This document shows, piece after piece, positions 29,448 through 38,730 of a DNA stretch of 64,000 bases; the stretch's first letter is position 1, and each line of letters opens with the position of its first letter. This DNA comes from Candidatus Binatia bacterium (lineage in GTDB: Bacteria; Desulfobacterota; Binatia; Bin18). Under the pieces are notes generated by a model. It was not told the DNA's origin. It saw only the letters and a program-made list of their open reading frames with translations, and did not search any database. The position numbers and the translations under genes were made by a program. The stretch lies in NCBI GenBank assembly GCA_963664395.2, contig OY761159.2:2080001-2144000 (forward strand), in the 5' to 3' direction.

Positions 29448-30332
29448 TCACTTAACGTAAGGGAGGGCGTTGTAATTCACGAGCCGAATATTCTCTTCTG
29501 CGGCCGCCACCCGCACCGTCGGACTTGTGAGCGCCGCAAGCTCAACGTCTCTTTGATACGTTGGCGTCCAGCGTTCGACCTCGGGACAGGGTAGGAAGGC
29601 CGGGTGGCAGTACAGCTCCGTTACGCCGGCTTGGAGTCGCGGAAGCAGGCCGAGCAGGTAAGATTCATCCACAGCGCCACTTTGATGCAGGCCAAACAGA
29701 TGATCCGGGTGCAGAATAAAAGCATTATGCAGCTTTTTCTCTGTCGTTCGAGCCAGAGATGTAAAGACAACGGACTCCCAGCGTTTCCTCAAGGCATGGC
29801 GCGGATCGAGCGTCAGGCTGGTCGTCAGGTCTTCTCGGGTCAGGCGTATGGCAGGAATATGGTATTCCTGTGCGAGTGCCAGGAGAGCGTCCATAACGAC
29901 TGGATGCATATGGATATTGAGATGTCCATCAACATGGGACAGGGCTAAGCCCGTTTCCAGAAAACGTTCAAGCTGGGCTCGGCACTCGGCCTGGACCTCT
30001 TCCCGCGCCCGGCGGGAGAAATAATACTGCAATCCGGCCCGGATTGGATCGCGGGTAAAGTCTCCCTCGCTATCGATGATCACGCGGAGGTGCTGTCGGG
30101 AGAGAGCAGCCCGTCCCTGGACTAATGTCACATGCAGTCCAACCCCGAGGCTGGGTGTCGAGCAGGCAAGCTCGACCGCTTCCTCCCAGGCCGGAGCAGT
30201 GACCATGAGGCTGGTATTCGTCAGAATGCCCTGCTGATGGGCGCGCAGTATGCCGGCATTGACCTGAGCGGACAGGCCGAAGTCGTCCCCGTTGACGATC
30301 AGATAGCGGGCGACACGGACGGGAGCAGGCAT
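29448..30332 (-). CDS. hpnK: Hopanoid-associated YdjC-family deacetylase HpnK
   Basis: IVNGDDFG, VGLHVTL, HVDGHLNIHMHP, ELYCHP. Confidence 0.9.
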   Translation of the reverse strand: MPAPVRVARYLIVNGDDFGLSAQVNAGILRAHQQGILTNTSLMVTAPAWEEAVELACSTPSLGVGLHVTLVQGRAALSRQHLRVIIDSEGDFTRDPIRAGLQYYFSRRAREEVQAECRAQLERFLETGLALSHVDGHLNIHMHPVVMDALLALAQEYHIPAIRLTREDLTTSLTLDPRHALRKRWESVVFTSLARTTEKKLHNAFILHPDHLFGLHQSGAVDESYLLGLLPRLQAGVTELYCHPAFLPCPEVERWTPTYQRDVELAALTSPTVRVAAAEENIRLVNYNALPYVK

Positions 30333-30335
30333 AGC

Positions 30336-31094
30336 TCAGGCCGAGCGGGTGGCCAAGTCAAACGCGTCGAGCCGTTCGATAGCGGGCAGGATGTCGCGTT
30401 CGGCGTGTTCGAGGTCTTGCGGAAAATCGATTTCCGTCCAGGGCAGGTCGTCAACCTGCTCAAAGCCAACCTGGTGCTGGGCCAGAAACACCGGGAAGGC
30501 TTCTTCATGCTCAATCGTGTCTCGACCCTGAGCCACACAGTCATCGAGAATAGAGCGCAGCAGCGGCACCGCGTCTCGCGCGACCTTGAGAAAACCGACC
30601 GACTCGCCAATCAGGTCGTAATCGCCCGCGCCGCCCCGGATGATCGTCAGCACCCGCCCGGCGCGGGTGAGCAGCATTTGTTCTTCGCCGCTATTTTCGG
30701 AGCTCGCATCGAGTAAAAAACAGCTGGCGTGCGGGGATTGCACCAAGCGTTGCAGCAAACGCACCGGGAAGAGCACATCGGCATCCATGATAAGCAGGTC
30801 AGTGTCGAACTCTTTGCGCGCGCTCCAGAGAGACAGGATGGCGCCCTTTTCGTACTGCGCGTTCCTGATGTAGCGCACGGACACCGCGCCGTAGCGCTCG
30901 CCGATTTCTTCGACAATCATGTCCCCACGATAGCCTATCACGATCACTGCCTCTCTGACTCCAGCGGCTCCGAGAGCAGCCAGGGTGCGTTCGAGCAGGG
31001 TTTTTCCGCCGACCGCTATCAAACATTTGGGCCGGTGGTCGGTGAGGGCCTTAAATCGTTTGCCAACCCCGGCCGCGAGGATAATCGCCTTCAT
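30336..31094 (-). CDS. Phosphocholine/phosphonate cytidylyltransferase family (LicC/PntC-like)
   Basis: AIILAAGVGKR, PKCL, MDADV, GESVG, WTEIDFPQD. Confidence 0.88.
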   Translation of the reverse strand: MKAIILAAGVGKRFKALTDHRPKCLIAVGGKTLLERTLAALGAAGVREAVIVIGYRGDMIVEEIGERYGAVSVRYIRNAQYEKGAILSLWSARKEFDTDLLIMDADVLFPVRLLQRLVQSPHASCFLLDASSENSGEEQMLLTRAGRVLTIIRGGAGDYDLIGESVGFLKVARDAVPLLRSILDDCVAQGRDTIEHEEAFPVFLAQHQVGFEQVDDLPWTEIDFPQDLEHAERDILPAIERLDAFDLATRSA

Positions 31095-32191
31095 ATACTT
31101 CCGCCTGGCCTCCCGCCTGACAGCACGTCTTTGAGGGCGTCAAGAAAACGCCGAAAATCGTCCAGGGTCAGATGTCCCATGTTTGCGACTCGGAAAATAT
31201 CGGTTCGGAGCTTTCCCTGCCCCTCGTAAATGACAAAGCCCTGTTGTTTGAGACCGTCATGTAAGCCCGGATACGAAGTGCCCTGGGGCAGGAGCAGAGA
31301 GGTCAGGGAGTTGGAACGGAGTTCCGGGGGAAGGAGGAATTCGAGTCCGAGTTCGGCAAAGCCGTCGCGCAGGAGCTGGGCGGCGCGACGATAGCGTTTT
31401 ATCCGTCCTGCCGGCGTTTCCTCCAGGAGTTCATCCAGGGCCGCATCGAGCGCATACCAGGCCGGGATGGCTGGCGTAAATGGAATACTCCGGCGTTCTT
31501 GCGCTTCCCAGTACAGCGGTAGATGGAGATACAACGAACGGCGGGGATAGTCCTGCATAGCCGTCATGACTTCGTTCCGAACCAACACAAAGGCGACACC
31601 CGGCTGGCCTTGGACGCATTTGTTGGCCGTACAGGCACACAGGTCCACACTGTCGCGCACGACATCGAGGTTTTCACCACCAAGCGCGCTCACCGCGTCA
31701 AGCAGAAACAGTCGGCCCGCCTGACGCACAACAGCGCCAATTTCAGTCACGGGATTGAGCAGGCCGGTTGTGGTCTCATGCTGGACCACGGTCACTGCGG
31801 CGATAGCGGGGTCGTTCCTCAGGGTGGCTGCAATCTGATCCGGGTTCGGCGCTTCGGTCCAGGCATAGGTCAATTCTACGGTCGGGATACGGTGGGCTTC
31901 GGCCATTTGGCGCATCCGGTCGCCATAGACCCCGTTGTTAATCACTAAGAGTTTCTCTCCCTCCGCCAGCGCCGACGAGACCATGGCCTCGACCGCCAGG
32001 GTGCCTGAGCCGCTCACCACCACCGCGGTATAGCCCTGCGGGGCAAACGCCTGCAGGAGCTTGGTTCGAACCGCAGCCAGAAGGTCGGAAAACTCTTCTT
32101 CCCGATGGCATAGGTCTCCACGCAGGAGAGCCTGCCGGACACGCGGAGAAACGTTGACGGGGCCGGGATTCAGAAGGATGTATTGCTGCAT
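31091..32191 (-). CDS. 2-aminoethylphosphonate aminotransferase (PhnW/AepZ-like, class V)
   Basis: LLNPGP, GSGT, NGVYG.R, HETTTG, DAVS, ANKCVQG, FTP. Confidence 0.85.
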   Translation of the reverse strand: MQQYILLNPGPVNVSPRVRQALLRGDLCHREEEFSDLLAAVRTKLLQAFAPQGYTAVVVSGSGTLAVEAMVSSALAEGEKLLVINNGVYGDRMRQMAEAHRIPTVELTYAWTEAPNPDQIAATLRNDPAIAAVTVVQHETTTGLLNPVTEIGAVVRQAGRLFLLDAVSALGGENLDVVRDSVDLCACTANKCVQGQPGVAFVLVRNEVMTAMQDYPRRSLYLHLPLYWEAQERRSIPFTPAIPAWYALDAALDELLEETPAGRIKRYRRAAQLLRDGFAELGLEFLLPPELRSNSLTSLLLPQGTSYPGLHDGLKQQGFVIYEGQGKLRTDIFRVANMGHLTLDDFRRFLDALKDVLSGGRPGGSI

Positions 32192-32230
32192 AGCTTTAGC
32201 GGGGAAAGATACAGAATAGGGATAGAGACT

Positions 32231-32827
32231 CTATCTCCCTTCTCTATCTCCCTTCTCTATCTCCTCCATAAAGCGACTGACGATCTGCCGTGGCTCGTGC
32301 GTAATCCGACCAATCTTACGCTCTTCCCGGTCCGGCTCAATTTTAATCAGAAGAAATGACGGCCCATTTTTTTCGGACAGATCTCGTGCCAGCAGGTCCC
32401 GCGCGGCCGCGCGCAGTTGGTCGGCATCCTCCGCGCGGCGCACGTCAGCATAGCCGCTCGCGCGCGCCACTGCATCAAGCGCAACGCGACTGGAAATAGT
32501 CGGCTGGTTTCCCGTCGAACCGTAGGCTTCGTTGTCAAAAACAAGATGCACCAAATTACGCGGCTGCTGCGCTCCGATCAACGCCAGTGAGCCCATATTC
32601 ATTAAGACATTGCCATCCCCGTCAAACACGACAACACGCCGCTCAGGTTTACTCAGGGCCACGCCGAGCGCAATGGACGAAGCCAGGCCCATTGAGCCAA
32701 TCATATAGAAATTGCCGGGACGATCTTCAAGATTGAAAGACTCGCGAGAGATAAACCCATTCGCATGGACAACCAGGGCGTCCTGCAAAACAGGCACAAC
32801 CACACTCAGTGCCCGCGCTAGATTCAT
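32231..32827 (-). CDS. TPP-dependent phosphonopyruvate/sulfopyruvate decarboxylase, beta subunit
   Basis: NFYMIGSMG, DGDGNVLMN...DN..YGSTGNQ TPP motif. Confidence 0.85.
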   Translation of the reverse strand: MNLARALSVVVPVLQDALVVHANGFISRESFNLEDRPGNFYMIGSMGLASSIALGVALSKPERRVVVFDGDGNVLMNMGSLALIGAQQPRNLVHLVFDNEAYGSTGNQPTISSRVALDAVARASGYADVRRAEDADQLRAAARDLLARDLSEKNGPSFLLIKIEPDREERKIGRITHEPRQIVSRFMEEIEKGDREGR

Positions 32828-33309
32828 GCGGCGACTCCGGGCGGGAGGACGAGCGCCGTCGGACGGCTCGTCTGCTTCAGGGTCGAGGCCGCCCAGACGA
32901 TAGCCTCCTCAAGGGTCGGCTCTTCAAGCACTCGATACGGAATCTTCAAGGTGGATAACAGCTCGGGCAGAATGTCTCCCATAATGATATGCTCCGGCGC
33001 GTCCTTGCCCTGATACCCGCGCCACGTGATCAGCAGCAGACAGGGCAAGTCATAGATCAAACTGAGAGAGGACAGCGCATTCAGGCAGACCCCCAGGCCC
33101 GAATTCTGCATGATGACAACGGGTTGTTTGCCGGCCATATAGGCTCCCGCCGCCAGACCCACCGCCGCATCTTCGCGCGTCTCGGCAATATAGCCGCCCC
33201 GTTCTTCAAGCGTGGCAATTACGCCCTTGACCAAAGAGCAGGGCACACCGGTGAAAAAGTCAAATCCGACGGCGCTGAGGTGTTGAACAAAGTCTGGTCC
33301 GCTGATCAT
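32824..33309 (-). CDS. Phosphonopyruvate/sulfopyruvate decarboxylase, alpha subunit
   Basis: FFTGVPCS, REDAAVGLAAG, MQNSGLG, WRG...DAPEH. Confidence 0.85.
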   Translation of the reverse strand: MISGPDFVQHLSAVGFDFFTGVPCSLVKGVIATLEERGGYIAETREDAAVGLAAGAYMAGKQPVVIMQNSGLGVCLNALSSLSLIYDLPCLLLITWRGYQGKDAPEHIIMGDILPELLSTLKIPYRVLEEPTLEEAIVWAASTLKQTSRPTALVLPPGVAA

Positions 33310-33349
33310 AGGTGGTGAGACTCCAAGCTCCAGAATATCCGAATAAGGG

Positions 33350-33385
33350 CTCTGCAAGAACTCTACAAGAACTCTACAAGAACTA
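33350..33385. repeat. 11-bp tandem repeat x3 (CTCT(A/G)CAAGAA) abutting the hpnN stop codon
   Basis: Read directly. Confidence 0.8.
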
Positions 33386-36256
33386 CGATAAGTCCCCTTG
33401 GGCTGAGTCTTGCACAGAGAGTTCCGGAGCGACGGCATCTGACTCCTGCCCGATTCTTTCCGGCCGGTAGAGAAGCAGCGGTAAGACTACAATGGACGCG
33501 ATAAGGACACTACCTACCGCCAGGGTAAGCAGGAGGCCCATACTGAAAATACCATAGTATTGAGCGACCATGAGACTGCCAAACCCGACCATGGTCGTCA
33601 GCGAGAACAGGACAACCGCCTGGCCGGTACTTCCGGCAATCAAGTTGGCGACCGAGCCGTCACTTCCCTCTCGGAAACGATGGACGAGATGGATGCCGTT
33701 CTCCACGCCGATGCCAATAATCAGGGGCGCTGCAACCATATTGGCCAGATTGAATTGCACGCCCCCCAGCCACATCAGTCCCGCGGTCCAGATCATACCA
33801 AGACCGAGCGGCAGGACGGCCAGCAGTGCATCCCCGACACGTCGCAGGGCCAGAAATGTGACGACCAGGATAGCGAGGAAGGCATACCAGGCAGCCTCAA
33901 CATAGCCGTCCTTCATCGCCCCAATAGACTCATAGCCAATAATCGGGGAGCCGGTGACATCTGGGTCAACGGTGCGCAACTGCCGAATGAACTCCGTCAG
34001 GGGCTCGCGCTCCCAGATGTTTTCTTTGGGATAGATCTGTAAAAGAAACCGCTGGCCGTCACTGCTGACAAAGCGGCTGCGCAACTGAGGCGGGACATCG
34101 GCAAATGTGATCGGACCAACCGGAGACAGGTTCTGACTGAGGAGAGACCATTTATCCTGAAAGTCGAGAAACAGGGCGTTCTGAAAAAGGGTCAGGCTCT
34201 GTTGGGCGTTGTGTACCGGCAGCGTTCGGAGGGTTTCAAAAACGGCCAGGAGATGTTGGCGCGCCTCGTGCAGGATCGTCTCACCGCCATTTTCCTGGGT
34301 ACGAATTTTGAGTCGAAGTTTATCAAGGGTGCGTTCGAGCTGCCGGACCTCTACCGCGCGGGGAGCGTTGCGGAGCGGGGGCAGAGTACTCAGCAGCGGG
34401 CGGATCGCTGCGAGGAGAGGGAGGCGTTCCTGTTGTCCGTCCGGAATCAGCGCGGCAACGCTTTCAACGGTCTCCACGCTGGGCAGCGCGGCAAATGCTT
34501 GGGCCTTTTGACGCGCAGCTTCGGGCGTGGGAGCCGTCGCCAAGGCATTCCAGGACGAGCGTTCGGAGTTTTCAATAATACGCTTTTCCCACTCAACCGA
34601 CTCGGTGCCGTGGGCTTGGAGGTTCAGCAAATTATAGTCAAAGGAGACCCACGGCAGAGCCAGGAGTCCCGCCGCCGTTCCAAGTCCGGCGATCCAGAAG
34701 AGAACACTTCTCTTCTGTTCGACGTACTTGCCCAACCCGGAAAAAGTTGTCCGTAGGACTCTCGGCTGTGCTACGGAAGCATCGAGAATCACCTGCTGGT
34801 TCGATTTGATATTCTCGATACTGCTGACGGAAACCCGCCACGGCCAGAACGAGTCCATCCCTACGATCAAGGCTGGCAGGAAAGTGAGGACGGCGAGAAC
34901 AGACAGCAGGATACCCCCGCCCGAAATGATGCCGAGTTCCTGAACCCCGCGAAAGTCGGCCAGTATGACCGAAAAAAAGGCCAGCGCCGTGGTCAACGCG
35001 CCCGCAATAATACTGGGCACAGTCTGTTCAAACACGATCGTAATAGCCTCGGCTTGGTCTTTTCCTTTGCCGCGCTCTTCCTCATAGCGCGTCATAAAGT
35101 GGACCCCAAAGTCGTCGGCCAGGCCGAGCAGCATAGGGGCGATAAAGACGGTAATAATCGTGAGATGACCGACTGAGAGAGTCACAAAGCCCAGCGTCCA
35201 GCTCAGACCGATCATGAGCGCCGAGATAATGCAGAACGGATGCCGAATGCGGCGGAAAAAGAGCAGGTAGAGGAGCGCAATACCGGACAGCGATACGACC
35301 GTTGCCACTGCCGTATCGTGCTGGGCGCTGAGCATTTCATCATTGCCCAGTGCTTTTGTTCCCGTTACACCGGCATCCAGACCAGGAAATTCCACTTTGA
35401 GATCAGTAATCGCCTGCCGAATAGCAGCCATTGAGTCTTGGAGGTCATTGAAGCCCGCAGCTGCATCTTCTTTCGCCTCAACCATGAGGAACATGTATTT
35501 GCGATTCTCGGTAATCAGGAAGCCCTCATCATCGAGCTGTCCGGTACCCCCAAAAAACTCGGCCCAGGGAGAACGGTAGCGGTAGTCTTTGCCATTCAAC
35601 GCCCGCGCGCTCTCTTGTAACAGCGCGTTCAGAAAGGACAGCTGAGAGTCAGAGAACTCGCCCGACTCTTCATCTGTTGCTGTTCCCAGCCCGAGGAGAT
35701 CCTCAACTAGATGCGAAACAACGGCGCTACTGACCTGGGTGTTAATCGCCTCGAACAGGGTATTCAAGCCAGGGTTCGCAAGCAGCTCATGAATAATCTC
35801 TTGAGAGTCTTCAAGACTCCGCCGTAAATCACGCAGATTCTCGGGCGACAGGTACAGCAGCTTTTTGCCTTCCAAGGAGGAAACATCGACCCGGTAAAAA
35901 ATCTCAGCAATATGCTCCCGCTCTTGGGCGAGTCGTTCACCGAGGCGAGTAACAAAGGCTTTGCCTTGCGGGATGTCTTGCGGTTCAACAACAACGACGA
36001 CCTGATCCAGGCCGATAAACTCTTCGGAATATTCCTCATCGAGTTGCAGGTAGCGCTTTTCGGTCGAAATCAGATCATTGCGGCCAGTCACGAGTTCGAG
36101 ATGCTGCGCTGTGTAAATTGACGCCGCAACAGAAATAAGGAGACAGAGACTCAGGATAGTCTTTGCGTACGCAACCACACCCTGGGCGCACGCGCGCAGG
36201 ACGCGTTTTTCCAGGGCACCCAAGCGCTGTTTCAAAGATGGGGGGATTGCCGGCAC
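33383..36256 (-). CDS. hpnN: Hopanoid transporter HpnN (MMPL/RND family)
   Basis: Two TM blocks with GLADDFGVH and GIGVENGIH motifs, large periplasmic loops, hpn context. Confidence 0.88.
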   Translation of the reverse strand: MPAIPPSLKQRLGALEKRVLRACAQGVVAYAKTILSLCLLISVAASIYTAQHLELVTGRNDLISTEKRYLQLDEEYSEEFIGLDQVVVVVEPQDIPQGKAFVTRLGERLAQEREHIAEIFYRVDVSSLEGKKLLYLSPENLRDLRRSLEDSQEIIHELLANPGLNTLFEAINTQVSSAVVSHLVEDLLGLGTATDEESGEFSDSQLSFLNALLQESARALNGKDYRYRSPWAEFFGGTGQLDDEGFLITENRKYMFLMVEAKEDAAAGFNDLQDSMAAIRQAITDLKVEFPGLDAGVTGTKALGNDEMLSAQHDTAVATVVSLSGIALLYLLFFRRIRHPFCIISALMIGLSWTLGFVTLSVGHLTIITVFIAPMLLGLADDFGVHFMTRYEEERGKGKDQAEAITIVFEQTVPSIIAGALTTALAFFSVILADFRGVQELGIISGGGILLSVLAVLTFLPALIVGMDSFWPWRVSVSSIENIKSNQQVILDASVAQPRVLRTTFSGLGKYVEQKRSVLFWIAGLGTAAGLLALPWVSFDYNLLNLQAHGTESVEWEKRIIENSERSSWNALATAPTPEAARQKAQAFAALPSVETVESVAALIPDGQQERLPLLAAIRPLLSTLPPLRNAPRAVEVRQLERTLDKLRLKIRTQENGGETILHEARQHLLAVFETLRTLPVHNAQQSLTLFQNALFLDFQDKWSLLSQNLSPVGPITFADVPPQLRSRFVSSDGQRFLLQIYPKENIWEREPLTEFIRQLRTVDPDVTGSPIIGYESIGAMKDGYVEAAWYAFLAILVVTFLALRRVGDALLAVLPLGLGMIWTAGLMWLGGVQFNLANMVAAPLIIGIGVENGIHLVHRFREGSDGSVANLIAGSTGQAVVLFSLTTMVGFGSLMVAQYYGIFSMGLLLTLAVGSVLIASIVVLPLLLYRPERIGQESDAVAPELSVQDSAQGDLS

Positions 36257-36283
36257 AGATGGAGTCTCCCTGGGAAGTGGGGG

Positions 36284-36883
36284 TTAGGGATTGGGGGTCG
36301 GGGTGAGGGCCTCATTATCAATCTTCTGCTGCATACGCTTCACCAGCTCTTCATACGACTGTTTGGACATAAGCGCTTGGACTTGTTTGCGCAGGTTACC
36401 GGCCATACTCACCCCGTCAAGCCGGACATCCCAAATCTTCCACACGCCCTCCGATTGATTGAGCCGAAAACCGATGTCAACGCGACCTTCGTCAGGATTC
36501 ACTACCGAGACCTCGACAAGGGCCTCATTCCCGCTCAGTTGCGTGTCGCCGTATTCGAATTGAATCTCGGCAAGAAATTCCGACGCTCTCGGATAGGCGA
36601 GCTCGCGCAGCAAGCGCACGAGGAGGCCGCTAAAATCCTCCTGCTTCTCTTGGCCGAGGGTGTCCCAGTGCGGTCCCATCAGCCAGCGCGCAAGTTGGGC
36701 AATTGCCAGGTTTTTTTCGATTTCTTCCTTCGTACAGGGCGGCGGGGCTGAGGGAGAGCCCAATTCCTGACCGCACGATTGCATGGCAGAAAGCAGCCGT
36801 TTGGTCACGTCGGCCGGAGAATCTGCCCAGCCGAGCTGAGGGAAAAGGATACATATCGTCAAAAGAAGAGTTTTTCCCACCAT
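36284..36883 (-). CDS. MlaC/Ttg2D-family lipid shuttle (HpnM-like)
   Basis: Signal peptide, WKIWDVRLDGVS motif, located between mlaA and hpnN. Confidence 0.82.
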   Translation of the reverse strand: MVGKTLLLTICILFPQLGWADSPADVTKRLLSAMQSCGQELGSPSAPPPCTKEEIEKNLAIAQLARWLMGPHWDTLGQEKQEDFSGLLVRLLRELAYPRASEFLAEIQFEYGDTQLSGNEALVEVSVVNPDEGRVDIGFRLNQSEGVWKIWDVRLDGVSMAGNLRKQVQALMSKQSYEELVKRMQQKIDNEALTPTPNP

Positions 36884-37052
36884 AAAGCTCCTCGATACGC
36901 CAACCACTGTCTTTCTAATCTTTTCAATTTCAATAAGGAAAGGGATGTCAGTTCTTATGACGCACACACGAGGCGCGCGGAACGGGACTCTCTCTCCCAG
37001 AGGGAGAGGGAATACCACCCAATCCCTACTCCCCAATCCCGAGACCCGCGGA

Positions 37053-37823
37053 TTATTCTGCGACTTGCCTCTCCCGATTTTGCAGGTAGAAGTCCTGCAC
37101 CGCACTGTACAAATCAAGGGAAAAACGGTTCACACTCTCGAAGAGTTCAAGATTGAGCGAGCGTTCGTTGACCGCGTCTGTTCCCGTTGTTCCAGCGTCC
37201 GTTGCCACAATTTCCGTTGGGGATAAAAAGTATGATCTCGGGTCCATGGCTCCGTCGGCTACTCGGCCAATGGCATCACGGAGCGTGGAGGGTCCGATAA
37301 AGGGGAGTACCAGATAAGGGCCCGGTCTGACGCCATATTTTCCGAGCGTTTGGCCAAAATCTTCTTCGCTCTTTTCGATGCCGAATTTCTCTTTGGCGAT
37401 ATCAAAAAAGCCGAGCCCGCCAATAGTCGTATTGATCATAAAGCGGCCGGCTTCCCGTGCAGCGCCGTTCAGCTTGAGTTGAAAGAGGCTATTGGCGAAG
37501 CGAGGCACGACACTGATATTGTCGAAAAAACGGCGGACACCGAGCCGCGCATTCTCCGGCACAGCCCCGGCATAGGAACGCGCCACCGGTCTGAGGATAT
37601 GTTCGTCCATCCAGATGTTGAAGGAGAACATCTTCTCATTAAAGGGTTCAAAAACGGACGGTTCGTAAGCCGGAGTGGTAGCGTCAAGGGTGTCCAGGGG
37701 GCCAGTCAGCCCTCCCTGAAATGCGCCATTCTGGGCAAAGGCTGAAGAAACGGTCAGCAAGCCAAGTCCGAGCATACTGACCACACAGAAAGCGGCAACA
37801 GAGAAAAAGCGTCTTTTTTGCAT
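37053..37823 (-). CDS. mlaA: MlaA/VacJ family protein
   Basis: EPFNEKMFSFN, RFMINTTIGGLG, EDFGQTLG, YLVLPFIGPSTLRD. Confidence 0.9.
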   Translation of the reverse strand: MQKRRFFSVAAFCVVSMLGLGLLTVSSAFAQNGAFQGGLTGPLDTLDATTPAYEPSVFEPFNEKMFSFNIWMDEHILRPVARSYAGAVPENARLGVRRFFDNISVVPRFANSLFQLKLNGAAREAGRFMINTTIGGLGFFDIAKEKFGIEKSEEDFGQTLGKYGVRPGPYLVLPFIGPSTLRDAIGRVADGAMDPRSYFLSPTEIVATDAGTTGTDAVNERSLNLELFESVNRFSLDLYSAVQDFYLQNRERQVAE

Positions 37824-37846
37824 TGTTCTATACTCTGAATAGCGTC

Positions 37847-38269
37847 CTAGGCGTCCTTGGTTGGCAACAGAACAGTCGCCGTTCCAATGGCCCAGCGTTC
37901 TTCATCATCGTTCTCCATCCAGATATCGCACTCAGCAATATGCCGCTCTGCATCCTTCTGCGTGACAAAGCCAAGCAGGTGAATAGTACAGTCAGGCACG
38001 ACCGGGCTGCGAAACGTCGTGCCGATCCGTGTAATCTGCGCCGCTTGGTTCCACTCGCTTATCAGGCGGGCCAGCAGCCCCATACTTAATACCCCAGGCG
38101 CGATCATGCCCGGCAAGCCCTCTTTGCGGGCGCCTTCATCGTCTGTGAAGCGGGGGAAATCCATGCCGACCGTTTTGGCGTACTTGCGGACGAAGTCTTT
38201 GGTCAGGAGCAGGTCAATGGGTGGCAACTCGTCGCCTTCTTCTATGTCTTCAAAATAGACTGTCTTCAT
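37847..38269 (-). CDS. MaoC-like (hot-dog) dehydratase
   Basis: YFEDIEEGDELP, IAPGVLSMG, hot-dog fold length. Confidence 0.85.
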   Translation of the reverse strand: MKTVYFEDIEEGDELPPIDLLLTKDFVRKYAKTVGMDFPRFTDDEGARKEGLPGMIAPGVLSMGLLARLISEWNQAAQITRIGTTFRSPVVPDCTIHLLGFVTQKDAERHIAECDIWMENDDEERWAIGTATVLLPTKDA

Positions 38270-38709
38270 CGCTGCATAATCCTGTGGTCAACAATGGCAA
38301 CCTGCTCACCGTCCTGGTTGGTGATCTCATTCCGCAGGACGATGAAATACATGGAGCCACTGCGTCCGGTTTTCTCATAAATATCGTGTATGGTGCTGAC
38401 CATTTTCAGCGCGTCACCGGGCCGGACCGGCGCAAAAATTTCAACATCACGTCCGCCATCAAAGCCGACCTTGCCAAAGCGTGGCATATGCTCGGGCGTC
38501 ATTTTTTTGGGGCGGAAGCGGGTCACATAGGTCGGTGGCGCAACGAGACCGCCATGGGGTCCGTTCGCGGCAGCTGCTTCATCCGTGTAGAGTGGGTTGG
38601 TTTCTCCAAGCGCGTCCGCAAATTTCAGGATGTCTTCTTTGTCAACCGGCGGGAAGTCAGTTTCGTCAAACACCTGGCCTAACATGGACCGATCAAATTC
38701 AAGAGCCAT
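38266..38709 (-). CDS. MaoC/FAS1-like dehydratase N-type subunit
   Basis: FADALGETNPLY, APPTY, PVRPGD, NQDGE. Confidence 0.85.
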   Translation of the reverse strand: MALEFDRSMLGQVFDETDFPPVDKEDILKFADALGETNPLYTDEAAAANGPHGGLVAPPTYVTRFRPKKMTPEHMPRFGKVGFDGGRDVEIFAPVRPGDALKMVSTIHDIYEKTGRSGSMYFIVLRNEITNQDGEQVAIVDHRIMQR

Positions 38710-38730
38710 GCGAGTGTCCTCTATGCGCCC

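Noticed and set aside
32231-33309. Coenzyme M biosynthesis (comDE)
   Set aside because: Context (AEP transaminase, cytidylyltransferase) and the WRG...DAPEH motif favour phosphonopyruvate decarboxylase, and no comABC are present. Not fully excluded.
36884-37117. N-terminal extension of the MlaC/HpnM ORF
   Set aside because: Runs through repeat DNA and overlaps mlaA. The signal peptide starts at 36883.
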